64,000 bases of DNA. Origin: an uncultured Nitrososphaeraceae archaeon. GTDB taxonomy: Archaea > Thermoproteota > Nitrososphaeria > Nitrososphaerales > Nitrososphaeraceae. The stretch is from the NCBI GenBank assembly GCA_963765895.1, contig CAVXZB010000084.1:511656-575655 (forward strand), read 5' to 3'. Positions 13,177-23,440 of this stretch are shown here, piece by piece. The translations under genes and the position numbers were made by a program. Every line of letters starts with the position of its first letter. The stretch's first letter is position 1. The notes beneath the pieces are model-generated. The model saw nothing but the letters and a program-made list of their open reading frames with translations. It ran no database searches and had not been told where the DNA came from.

Positions 13177-13750
13177 TTGAAGGCAGCATTGACAGTAATA
13201 ATGTTAGTTGGCACAGCCTTGATATCGATCACCGCATCAACAGCAGATAGCATATTTGCAAGAAAATATGGAAGACATGATGTAAATAATATTGATCAAG
13301 CGGCGTCTATTAGCAATTCATGTCTAAACCCTGATCTAATTCTAATACTAACGATAATATGATTAGTAACAGTAATTGTGGCGGTACAGTGTCACAGCAA
13401 GGAAGATTAGGGCAAGCATCAACACCGACAACTGTTCAAAATGCAAACCCTACAATCGAAGTGCAACGATCAATACAACCACTATTAACAACAAGAGGAA
13501 ACTGTACAGCATGTTTTGATTCCTTACCTCTGCTCAGAAATCGGGTTTGAAAATACACTCCACATCCACTTCCCTAATGCCGGGATAACTACAATCGAAG
13601 AATTATGTGCGTTCCTGAGAAATGAAGTTGCGAACTGAATAGATCCGATAGAATCAATCAACACAATAAGTAGTGCCTTACCTGACGATCGAGTTAGTTA
13701 AAGCACTATTTCAAACATAACGTCTCGTGTGCTAAGAGCAGTCGAATAAT
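13177..13750 (+). pseudogene. Frameshifted secreted protein
   Basis: Signal peptide (..ADSIFA) followed by consecutive fragments 13177-13362 and 13359-13550 and further Cys-containing pieces. Confidence 0.55.
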
Positions 13751-13870
13751 ATAAAATAATTAGTCTCAGATATATGCATGCATAAGATAGACAGCCAGAG
13801 AAAAACAATCCAAGGCCCACCCTAATAACTAGGGTGATCTGAACTTTACAACACTATAATTAATCTTAAA

Positions 13871-14003
13871 CAATCAAAAATGATCCTAAAGGCAAAGTAA
13901 TGATTCTTGTTCTGATCAAATTATTATGTCTTTTAATATCCAGCTTGTATTTTAGGGTTCACAGGCTGCTCGAGAATTCTATTATAATGAAAATCAATTG
14001 TTA
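13871..14003 (-). repeat. Orphan copy of the 5' end and upstream region of the alpha/beta hydrolase at 57230
   Basis: CAATCAAAAATGATCCTAAAGGCAAAGTAATGATTCTTGTTCTGATCAA...ATATCCAGCTTGTATTTTAGG is near-identical to 57182-57270. Confidence 0.9.
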
Positions 14004-14163
14004 TAGCAAGAATCTTGTATACATACAGAACCTACTGAATTTACTTCATTTAAAATAGCTACTGATTTGGTTTATATTTCGATCAATTCTAAATCAATTT
14101 TTCTGCCCAGCACCGAAATATTTGAATAAGTCATTTTATCTTCTTCTTGGCTTGAAGATAAAA

Positions 14164-14331
14164 ATGGTTTATTATACATGTACAAAGTGCCAAGCTCAGA
14201 TAGCAGACACATCACTTGATCGTAAGAAACTAGATCAACAGATCTGGGAGCATTTTTGTAGTTTCCACGCCGAAGAGCAAGATTTGGACGCATTAACTGT
14301 CTTCCGTGCTTATCTGAATCCTGAAAAGTAA
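14164..14331 (+). CDS. Small C2H2-like zinc-finger protein
   Basis: MVYYTCTKC...WEHFCSFH; ATG at 14164 is the more plausible start. Confidence 0.65.
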   Translation: MVYYTCTKCQAQIADTSLDRKKLDQQIWEHFCSFHAEEQDLDALTVFRAYLNPEK

Positions 14332-14699
14332 TACTAGTATTATTTTGTTCATCTGAACCTTCTAGAACCTGCTCTTTAGTGGGCCGGGTCGTTTGTGAAT
14401 TGTTATTGACACAATTTCCTGGCCCCGAATCATAGAGCCCATAAGTAGTATGATGCTACATAGGCAGTCGTCTGATATTGTTAATTAATTCAGGTCAGAT
14501 ATAGAAGTATCATCTCAGATCCATACCGCTATCTTTCTTCCTTGTCATTCGTTGTCGCATCCATATAGTAGACTTAAAATAGCCATATAGAAACATCTTC
14601 GTGATATGTCCCAGAATAAGGGGAATTCTCTCTTTAGTTTCTCATCATTGTTAAGAATAATAAACATGCCTGTATAAAGCGAATAAAGCGTCGTACCAC

Positions 14700-14918
14700 T
14701 TGATCACTATTAGAATAGAAACAGTAGCAGCAGCAATAATGGTGGTATTAGTGCTAACTTTCGTGGTAAACACAACTACAGTATTTGCTGACTCGAGCGG
14801 AAATAACGGACAACGCATACAGCTTCAGAAAACGTTCCCCCCTGAATTACAAGATTATCAAGGCTGTCATGACACATTTACAGGCCCAGGACACAATGAG
14901 CCACCACCACTACCCTGA
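14700..14918 (+). CDS. Small secreted protein
   Basis: Hydrophobic leader ending VFA, then a polar, Pro-rich tail. Confidence 0.6.
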   Translation: MITIRIETVAAAIMVVLVLTFVVNTTTVFADSSGNNGQRIQLQKTFPPELQDYQGCHDTFTGPGHNEPPPLP

Positions 14919-15063
14919 GTCACAGCCAATATCCTAGTCCTGAAATATAACACACATAGCAACCTCAGGGTCAACAGCTCTAATATTGGTTTATTAGTTG
15001 GAAGACATGGCCCTCATGGTTAAATCAACGTATAATATGACTATTACTCGGTTAAAGAGGATA

Positions 15064-16194
15064 CTATGCTCCCATTTTCTTTTTACGAGTGAAGGTATTC
15101 ACCTTAGCTCGTTTGTTCTTAGTCATGTGCGGCACTTTTAATTCTTCTGGGAAATGCAAACTGCGTATTCCCCTGTCTGCCGGTTGACCATAGAGATCTG
15201 GATAAATGTAGTAGCCTCGTTCATTATCAGGTTTATCCACTTCAACTTCAATCCTGTGAGCATTTGCCCAAGGATCCTTACGAATACCTGTAACCTGCCA
15301 GGAAACTTTCATGCATGAAGTACCACCCGTAATCTTGAAACTACTGTGGCTGTTGGTATTCTTGTTATTGTCAGCAGTATCAAAGTAGTCTGTATTAGAT
15401 TCAGATATTTCCTTTGCAATGTAGAGATTTGGTCCAGGAGATCCTATAGCAGTAACCTGATAGCAAAAATCCTTATTGAGTGCGCTGAACCAATCTGGAA
15501 GATCTATCTCTGCCTCACCCTTTTCATCTAATGCAACAACACCGTCATACACGTTTTTCTTATCTGGTGACTCTACAAAGGAGTGGTGAAGGTATTTGTT
15601 AGCTGGGTCAAGTGGATGATCTATCTTAAAGGAGCCTCCGGGTTTCTCGAGAGAACCGCCTATGTAGACTCTTCCGTTTAGATATGCAGCATGGCCATAT
15701 CTGCTGTAGCCATGCAGGGCATGACCGCCGTAGCTCTCGCCATAAACGCCATTCGCAATGCCGCTAATGCCATACACGCCATCACTGACCCTGCTGCTGC
15801 CATAAACGCCAATCCTGGAGTCGCTCTCTCCGTAAACGCCATTGCTGACCCTGCTGCTGTCATAAACGCCTTGGTCCTCGTAGCTGCTGCCAAACACGCC
15901 TTGGCCCCGCTGGCTGATGCCAAACACGCCAGCACCTATGCTACTCCTGCCCATCACGCCATCGCTTTGGAAACTCTCGCCATAAACGCCAACGCTGTTG
16001 ATGCTCTTGCCATCCACGCCATCGCCGCTGTCGCTCGTACCATACAAGCCATCACCGTGTTTGCTGCCGCCTTTCACGCCATAACCTACGCCATCGTCAA
16101 CTCCGTCTATGTGTGGCATATCAGTAGTCCTCCTTCTTCCAACAAACGGCATTTCATAAACGTGTGTATGACTGATGGAAAATATCTTTTGCAA
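15064..16194 (-). CDS. Fibre/beta-helix-like repeat protein (10-aa GV[YF]GxS repeats) with a conserved C-terminal domain
   Basis: About 13 decapeptide repeats, then GSFKIDHPLDPANKYLHHSFVESP...LPDWFSALN...KVSWQVTGIRKDPWA; repeat segment is visibly GC-richer than its flanks. Confidence 0.8.
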   Translation of the reverse strand: MQKIFSISHTHVYEMPFVGRRRTTDMPHIDGVDDGVGYGVKGGSKHGDGLYGTSDSGDGVDGKSINSVGVYGESFQSDGVMGRSSIGAGVFGISQRGQGVFGSSYEDQGVYDSSRVSNGVYGESDSRIGVYGSSRVSDGVYGISGIANGVYGESYGGHALHGYSRYGHAAYLNGRVYIGGSLEKPGGSFKIDHPLDPANKYLHHSFVESPDKKNVYDGVVALDEKGEAEIDLPDWFSALNKDFCYQVTAIGSPGPNLYIAKEISESNTDYFDTADNNKNTNSHSSFKITGGTSCMKVSWQVTGIRKDPWANAHRIEVEVDKPDNERGYYIYPDLYGQPADRGIRSLHFPEELKVPHMTKNKRAKVNTFTRKKKMGA

Positions 16195-16649
16195 CTTTCA
16201 TAAAGTAGAGATACCGGAATATATCATATAAGAGATACACATATTAGGCAGAATCGACCGCAAGATAACGGTTACGTATTAGCTCCTCAGAATATTGGAT
16301 GTTAGATTCCAATTGTTCTCTAGAGGCTATATAGCTTAGATATACTGTACATTAGTAAATTGTCAGCTATCGACTCATAGGAACGATATGTATATTGTCT
16401 TTTTGCAATGCCATGGCGACGCTCAAGCCAACCAAGACAGGTCGTATAATGCTAAGATGCAATACGTGTAGCTCATCCTCCAGGTATGTCAACTCCATTT
16501 GTAACAGTTGGTCAGACGCTAAGAGGTGCTCTTGTATTCGCGAATGGAATGTTATCACAGCAGAGAATTCAGAAATTGCGGGATTTCAGATTTACACCTG
16601 TACGTCAACCTAGTACGATGTAATCGCCGGCATTTGTGCATCTCATTCA

Positions 16650-16800
16650 TTTACAAAGGCTGCGATTACAGTTAATGGGACTATCTGAGCAGTATTTCGG
16701 GTTTATTCGCCGGCTTGGACAGTCTTGCTAGATTTCGATTTCGGTAAGTCGGTGGCTATTGCAAGACAAATCCTGGCAAAGATCTGGAGAAGTAAATAAG
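16650..16800. repeat. Dispersed hairpin-forming element, copy 1
   Basis: Aligns with 20731-20875 (ATTTACAA.GGCTGC.ATTA...GAGCAGTATTTCG...TCGCCGGCTT); inner inverted repeat GTCTTGC/GCAAGAC. Confidence 0.75.
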
Positions 16801-17314
16801 GAGATCGGTTTCAGATCATTTTTATGTATATTAATGGGCTTATACGGACGATCAGTTACCAGTCTTCGTATTGACTATCGTGCATATCTTAGTTTCAATA
16901 TCATTTATAGTAGCAATGCAATCAGAGGAGAAGATGACATTGTACTTATGCCCGGCATATGTCGTAATTGGTTTAGTTTCAGTAACTGCTTATGGACCCT
17001 GCAGCCAATTTGAACATCAACTCCTGATTCTGAGCCTGGAAAATCTGTTGGTGATGTATTGTTTCCGTTTACGTGCATAATAAAGTCGGATGCTTCAGAA
17101 CTACTGCTCGGTATTTGTAATCTATTATTTGAATAATTAATGACTATCAAGTGTGCAGTTCTGTGAGATGACCTAGATGCGGCTGCTCCTACAGGACCAA
17201 CCAATTCATAAATAAAATGGCTTTTGTTCCTATTTCATCTGTATTAGAATCTTCTTATAGAAAAATATAGTCGAATATTCAATAATATGAGTTTATAATA
17301 GATACGGTCACAAG

Positions 17315-17617
17315 ATGAAAAATCTAATTGCGTTAACTATACTCATAGTGATGGTAGCAGGTATAGCAACGGCAACGGTAGCGACAGAGACTGTCATGGC
17401 AAAGAAACACAAGCCGGGAACAAGTGCGGTAGAAAGAGGGGTTCATGATGCACAAGACAGTTGTCAACATTCAGATGGGTGCCATTGGTACATACTAGGT
17501 AAACATAAGGGATTTGGTGACCATTCGTCAGAATTTAACAAGAATTATTTGAAGGGATTCTGTGCGGCCGATGGTGGTGGCAGTGACGCAGACCAAGCAA
17601 CGTTTAGCTGTCCATAA
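17315..17617 (+). CDS. Small secreted Cys-containing protein
   Basis: Signal peptide ending VMA, four Cys, T-rich terminator after the stop; paralog fragment at 18853. Confidence 0.8.
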   Translation: MKNLIALTILIVMVAGIATATVATETVMAKKHKPGTSAVERGVHDAQDSCQHSDGCHWYILGKHKGFGDHSSEFNKNYLKGFCAADGGGSDADQATFSCP

Positions 17618-17799
17618 TCTTTTTTTTATTTTATTTATTTAATCTAGGCTGATAAAGGTATCAGTTTTGGAGATAGTGTCGGGTTTAGTGTAGGACTACC
17701 GAAGAGATCATGGATTTTATCTCCTAGGTATAGTAGTCCCAGAAATCCATAATCTTTTTCCGCCGGCTCACTCGCCTTAGGCGATTTGCCTTGCTTCAA

Positions 17800-18030
17800 G
17801 GATAGTATGTAGCCAAACTTTGATTAGCCACTCTTCATGCCTCTCAGTTGCTTGGTAGAAATCAAGGTGTTAACACACTCCACTTCACTTATCTGTTCCT
17901 TATTGTGACGTGGTTCAAAGGTACTTTAGGCATATTTCTTTCATAATTACGTAAGATAATAGGCTGTATTTCGCCGGCTTCCTGACAATGTAGTGAAGAG
18001 CCTGCCTACAGTCAGAATACCGACATTTAT
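17800..18030 (-). pseudogene. VOC/glyoxalase-like family pseudogene, copy A
   Basis: Fragments F*..QALHYIVRKPAK and HLDFY; DNA-homologous to copies B and C. Confidence 0.6.
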
Positions 18031-18269
18031 TGAAGTCATAACTAACAAGCGATAACAATAGAATTAGTGAACTTATAATGCAGTCAGGTTCCAGACAATT
18101 AGAATAACCGATGGTGCATGTACGGTATCACTTCCATCTTCAAGCGGTGATTACAAACAGGCAGCAGTTCAAATTATAGATGATATGGGAATCGAATCAA
18201 AAGCGAATTTGACGGTATTAGCATTCGGTATCGTGTATCCTGCTGCCTCCTCTGTTGGGCATCTTGATA

Positions 18270-18602
18270 CTACTTCTCAGGCTTTATGGCTTCAATCATA
18301 GCATCAATCTTTTTATCCAAACTAAGTATCTCATTAAGTATTCTTTCGTGATGATTTTGAAATATCTCTATGGATTTCAAAACTTTATCGTGACTTTCTT
18401 CGATAGCGTTTATGCGGCTGAGAGTTTCTTCCTGGTTCATAGTAGTATTCTTCTGTATTTTATAGACCCACCAAGTTATGAGAGCACCTACAACTGCTCC
18501 TATTACAATACTAAGATATGTGCTTGATGCATTTGTCATATCTGCACAACCCCGGGTTATCTCGGGCATACAGCCCCAAACGACAAGAACAGGTAATACC
18601 AT
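18270..18602 (-). CDS. Single-TM membrane protein with coiled-coil C-terminus
   Basis: YLSIVIGAVVGALITWWVY helix followed by a heptad-like charged tail. Confidence 0.7.
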   Translation of the reverse strand: MVLPVLVVWGCMPEITRGCADMTNASSTYLSIVIGAVVGALITWWVYKIQKNTTMNQEETLSRINAIEESHDKVLKSIEIFQNHHERILNEILSLDKKIDAMIEAIKPEK

Positions 18603-18852
18603 TCTACTATAATGATTTTGACTTAGTGTTATATTTTGTGTATCCTAAGGGCATCTTGTCTTATCAATATATAATCAACAATTTTTAAGATTATGACATT
18701 TATACACTTTAGAATTCTTAATAGTCTCGGAACATTGCTTACATTTTATGGTCGCCAGTTCATGTTTTATCACAGATCTTGCCTGCTGGCCTTCAGTATG
18801 ACTAAGAGTGTATCATCAACATCCTTTCCTGACAAGTGCAAATATCGTCTAA

Positions 18853-19000
18853 TCACAAAGAAGAAATACAAGAGTGCATACGAGCTAGGTAAGCAAGACG
18901 CAAATTGCGATACTAGCGCAGGCTGTCACCTCTACATAACAAAGCCAGGTAAAGGTTTCAAGGATCACTCGCCAGAGTTTAACCACAATTACATTAAGGG
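18853..19000 (+). pseudogene. Fragment paralogous to the secreted protein at 17315
   Basis: SAYELGKQDANCDTSAGCHLYITKPGKGFKDHSPEFNHNYIKG aligns with SAVERGVHDAQDSCQHSDGCHWYILGKHKGFGDHSSEFNKNYLKG; no signal peptide. Confidence 0.75.
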
Positions 19001-19053
19001 AGTACGCTTTTTTTCGAAGTCTTTACAACAATATTCTCTAGTCATTATAGTCA

Positions 19054-19230
19054 TTACGAATTATCTATGATGTCTTTGCTGCCATTGCCATCGCTCTCGC
19101 TGTTATTGTCTTTCATTTTTTTAGTTTTGTTATGCGTATAGACAATAGTCCAGATAGTTGCTACAAAATACGGCAACATTATCAGTATTGCTACTACAGG
19201 TATAACTTCAGTTGGAACGACTACGACCAT
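19054..19230 (-). CDS. 58-aa single-TM microprotein
   Basis: Manual translation MVVVVPTEVIPVVAILIMLPYFVATIWTIVYTHNKTKKMKDNNSESDGNGSKDIIDNS: TM helix followed by basic residues. Confidence 0.5.
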   Translation of the reverse strand: MVVVVPTEVIPVVAILIMLPYFVATIWTIVYTHNKTKKMKDNNSESDGNGSKDIIDNS

Positions 19231-19885
19231 AATTTAATTATTAGTTAGTTTACTGGACTCCTATTGATAAAGATGTCATTTTTTCTCGTTTACCTCATAT
19301 CACTAGTATAGCTGCGGTTTACCACGGCCTGCTTAGCCACAGAATGTCTGACAACCTTTGTACAGATGGGTAAAAGTTCTGTACAAACGTAATCCTGATC
19401 TCTAGCGATATTACATGTTTAATAAGAAGTTTCTGAATGGAGTTCACAGACAAGTGATGCAGGAAATCTCTCATAATGAATACAAATACAAGCTACATGT
19501 TGTAACTAGATTACTCATTAGTTACTAGCAACCGTAACGTACCGTACCACTATATGTGATATGTTGTGTTCGCCGGCACTTAGCGGACCAACAGAATTCT
19601 ATATCTTGATTTTGGTGTCGTTACAGGAGGATTAGTTTCTTCTACCAGATATAGCAAACATCTGATTTCTAGTATATATGTCTCACTGATAACATGATAA
19701 TATCATAGCTAAATACGTTAACAGTTTAATATTTCGGAACGTTTTTAGAAGTCCTAGCCTAATTACATAGTTCCTACTCGCCATTTAAATATTTGCCAAT
19801 AATGTGGTATTATCTAAACCTTAGTCGGAGAATTCATACTCTTATGTTTTGGAAAAAATAAGGAAGAAAGGGAATTACAGTTAAA

Positions 19886-19986
19886 TCAATTCGAACTAAG
19901 CGCTCCATGTGCTGCATTAGGCAAGAGACTTATTCCTAAGCCGCAGCAATGAGAGCTCCGATGATAGCTACTAACTTCTTTACCAC
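19886..19986 (-). CDS. Putative ~33-aa signal-peptide-only micropeptide (needs a 1-nt correction)
   Basis: MVKKLVAIIGALIAA(G)LGISLLPNAAHG|ALSSN; TTTATA box ~40 nt upstream and a T-rich tract downstream. Confidence 0.5.
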
Positions 19987-20214
19987 TACATGGCTGTAGA
20001 TTAGATATCATATAATATTATGTGTCTATAAAGTTAGCTTATTTCCCCATTCCGGGAAATTGGCATGCGGGAATTGCCTAGAGCAATATTTTTTGATGTA
20101 CTCGCCGGCTAAATTTCTGGATTTCGGTATATTGAGAGTCATAGAATCAGAAATGTTAGTCTAAACCAGTGAGTTGAGCTGATTCCGCTAAATGACTATA
20201 ACTCGAGTCTCGTC

Positions 20215-20530
20215 TTATCTGAATCACGCAGAAAAGATTGCCACCGGGGATCTACCAATACGACAAAGTCAGCACCTTCATATATCTCTGTTGGTAACGA
20301 CTTCCCTCAATCTTGACTAGTCGTTCTACATCCTCCTCTTGGTTGTTAGGTAGAAAACAAGGTGTTAACACACTCCACTCCACCTATCTGAGTTCCTTCT
20401 TGTAGTATAGTTTGAAGATATATTTGGCATGCTTCTTTCAGAATCGCATTGGACTACCCAGCTCGCATTTCGCCGGCTTCTTGGCAATGTAGTGAAGAAC
20501 CTGCCTGCGTCAGAATATCATATTTTATTG
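20215..20530 (-). pseudogene. VOC/glyoxalase-like family pseudogene, copy B
   Basis: QVLHYIAKKPAK, WVV..D...PNIS, NNQEEDVERLVKI, FVVLVDP.GNLFCVIQ (DPxGNxFCV is the VOC C-terminal motif). Confidence 0.7.
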
Positions 20531-20730
20531 AGCTTATAGTGTGATAGATCCAAGGATAGTTCAACATATCAAGAAGCGGGGAATGACTAATTCAAATATT
20601 GACGGTTACGCCGGCGAAAACAACTTCTAATCATTTCCTTTTTCTCTATTTTATCAGATTAGTTTTTTGGCACTCTGGCTGGTTTCGGATACATTCATTC
20701 TTCCTTTTTCTTTTCTTTTCTCTCTGACCT

Positions 20731-20875
20731 ATTTACAAGGGCTGCAATTAGAGTAAGTGGGCTGTTTGAGCAGTATTTCGTGGTTTACTCGCCGGCTTAT
20801 GGTCTTGATCTAGATTCGATTTCAGCAAGTCGGCGCTGCCAGAATCAGGAATCTTGGCCTAAAGCCGGCGAGCAT
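20731..20875. repeat. Dispersed hairpin-forming element, copy 2
   Basis: Perfect 11-bp arms CTCGCCGGCTT / AAGCCGGCGAG enclosing ~63 nt; homologous to 16650-16800. Confidence 0.8.
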
Positions 20876-20974
20876 CAAATACAACCTTCAAGTGACCTGC
20901 ATTATCTTTATTATTAGTATTACTGCAAATTATATTGGAATTTTCTTTACCAGCGTTATGACTTAGGCCTAACC

Positions 20975-21130
20975 TTTCAGTTTGAATTACGAAGAAAAGA
21001 TTGCCATCCATTGATATCTTCCAACAGGACAAATAGACTTCTTGCTTATATTGAATGATAGCATGTCGCCCGACCTTGATTAGCCGCCTTACTTTTGCCT
21101 CAGTTGTTAGGCAGAAATCAAGGTAGACAT
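20975..21130 (-). pseudogene. VOC/glyoxalase-like family pseudogene, copy C (3' half)
   Basis: LDFC..EAKVRRLIKVG...FVLLED..GNLFFVIQ; aligns with 20221-20365. Confidence 0.6.
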
Positions 21131-21173
21131 GGTTTTGTATTTGTCAACATCATTATTTTTGTTATATATAGTA

Positions 21174-22208
21174 CTATCCGTTTCTAAAATATGGAATAAC
21201 GTATCTTGCGAATAAATTCAAGGATCTAATATCTGGAACATCTGCAAAGTGTATGGTAAAGTAGTTAACACCAAGTTTTACATATCTACTAATTTCTCTT
21301 ATTATATTATTAGCTGTTCCAGCAATAACTAGGTCCGGCTTCTTTTTCCATACCTCACTGTCATCAATACTATGGTTATTATTACTAGTATTGTCATTGT
21401 ATAACTTATTTTTTAACGATGCTATCTTGTTATCTGACTCAACAAAGAGTATGACCGTATGTAAAGCTTTGACTATATTTTCATAGTTTCTACCAGTTAC
21501 ACTACAGCAATTTCTAAGAATGGATAGCTTACTGAGATATTCCTCATAAGTACAAAGCCCGTAATTCCAACCATCTGCATATTTAGCTGCCAACTGAAGG
21601 GTTTTCTTTCCTCCTCCACCTATCCACAAAGGTGGATGCGGATTTTGAATTGGTTTTGGATTGCATTCTGCTTCCTTTATAGTATAGTGTTTGCCATTAA
21701 ATGATGAAGCTTGCTGTTCAGTTAACATTTTCTGAATTATGACAAGACTTTCTTCCAACATTTCAAGCCTCGTGGGGGCATCTGGAAAAAGAAGGCCATA
21801 TGATTTAATTTCCCTTTCATACCAACCTGCACTTAATCCGAACTCCACTCTGCCATTGGTTATTACGTCGAGAGTGGAAACCATTTTAGCTGTAATAGAT
21901 GGACTTCTATGAAGATTTACCAAAATGGCTCCTAATCTTATTTTCGTTGTTACTGAGGCTAGTGAGGAAAGTGTAGTCCAACATTCAAGTATAGAAGAAT
22001 CAGTAGATTTTTTTAACACTTCTCTTTCCTCTTTATTTGAAAAATAAGCATTGAGCCAAGAGGAGGTAAAATTGTCCTTAAGCCATATAGAATCAAATCC
22101 TAGTCTTTCACATTCGATGGCAATACGTTTTATGTCTTTGTAGTCAAGACATTGTTGGTAAATATAACATCCAAATCTTATTTTGTTGTCTTCTTTTTTA
22201 TTTGTCAT
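21174..22208 (-). CDS. LLM-class flavin/F420-dependent oxidoreductase
   Basis: CERLGFDSIWLKD, TLDVITNGR, GLSAGW, PKPIQNPHPPLWIGGGG, AAKYADGWN. Confidence 0.9.
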   Translation of the reverse strand: MTNKKEDNKIRFGCYIYQQCLDYKDIKRIAIECERLGFDSIWLKDNFTSSWLNAYFSNKEEREVLKKSTDSSILECWTTLSSLASVTTKIRLGAILVNLHRSPSITAKMVSTLDVITNGRVEFGLSAGWYEREIKSYGLLFPDAPTRLEMLEESLVIIQKMLTEQQASSFNGKHYTIKEAECNPKPIQNPHPPLWIGGGGKKTLQLAAKYADGWNYGLCTYEEYLSKLSILRNCCSVTGRNYENIVKALHTVILFVESDNKIASLKNKLYNDNTSNNNHSIDDSEVWKKKPDLVIAGTANNIIREISRYVKLGVNYFTIHFADVPDIRSLNLFARYVIPYFRNG

Positions 22209-23440
22209 GATATTGATTCTTAATGCCGCTACAATTCCCTTTCAGCATTTCATAAAATGAAATTTCAGAATATATACTGCAATTATTTCACTTCCCGCGT
22301 ATTCGGACGATTTTATCTCTAACGATCTATTCTTGGGCTACTTGTATTGCTTAATGACTGATTTTTCATAGTTCGCCATCCCATTATGATACTCGCTTAG
22401 TAATTGTTCTATTATATCGCCCAAAAGTGCGTATGCAGTAAAGCTTTCAGATAGTCCGCTTTCAAATAGATATTCAAATAATAAATTGAACCTATTGTGA
22501 AGGTCTATCGTTACTTTGGTAGAGAGTAATTTATTTTGCCGGCAACTATGCGGTCATTATCATCCCAATACGAATCGTCGAGAGTAGCGACCATAGTAGG
22601 TCTACCAAGATCAAAGCTAAAAGTTTTTACGAAATTCTATTTGATCCTCGTTTTACTGGTAAATCATGTAAGATACCTTCAGTAATATTGTTAAACAAAA
22701 GTGCTTCACTATCTCATCTGACACTGTTCACTATTGTTGCTACTCATTAGCATTTCTCCATCGGCAGCATCCGGGCGAATTAATCGATAGTATATACTCA
22801 CCTCTCTCCAACATTATGACGTCTAGGTAGACCCGTGCAATTAATCTGGTTTATCAAAGATTAGAAGAGACTTAAGAGATTGTTATCAGCAACGCGATTC
22901 AGCACCTCACCTTATGTATTAACTATGGACGATATTGATAGGATATTACTTTAGATATTGGTGAGACATAATTAATCGTCTATTGGTAGACCAATACATT
23001 GACATTCCTTTTTGTACATGCTATGATATTTTAGTTTCAGTACCTCAGCTATTATTGAAGCAACATTAAGGTAATAATACCTCCATACCCCTATCTGGCT
23101 AAAGAGAGATTACAAGAAGAATTCGGAAGTAATATCCTCGCCCCACCCTCCATGGTAACCAATTAAGAAGGGCGATTAGAAGAATTGGCTAACAATCGGA
23201 TTAGAAACACATGTAGATTTAGGCAAGAAACTATAGCAATTCTTACTTAGTCTGACTGATAATGTTTTATTACGTCTACAGATTTTATGTATAATAATGC
23301 AAATCAGTTAGACTAAACACTATTGCAGTTGCTTCGTCATTATCTGTATCAACATACTTCTCTTCAATATGAAGAACCTACTAGACATTTCTTGGGGCCT
23401 AGTTCCTTGTAAAAGAAAAAACAATCTATGTTGCAATAGG

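Noticed and set aside
14381-14427. GC-clamped stem-loop GGGCCGGG...CCTGGCCC after the small zinc-finger gene
   Set aside because: Single imperfect hairpin with no second copy or recognisable RNA family; not enough to call.
15678-16203. Ala-rich ORFs 15691-16203 (+) and 15678-15935 (-)
   Set aside because: Shadow frames of the GVYGxS repeat gene.
16395-16613. Cys-rich 72-aa ORF
   Set aside because: TTG start, irregular Cys spacing and an overlapping antisense ORF; cannot be distinguished from chance.
17800-20530. Initially read as a novel non-coding repeat or ncRNA family
   Set aside because: Minus-strand translation gives VOC/glyoxalase motifs, so these are pseudogene copies.
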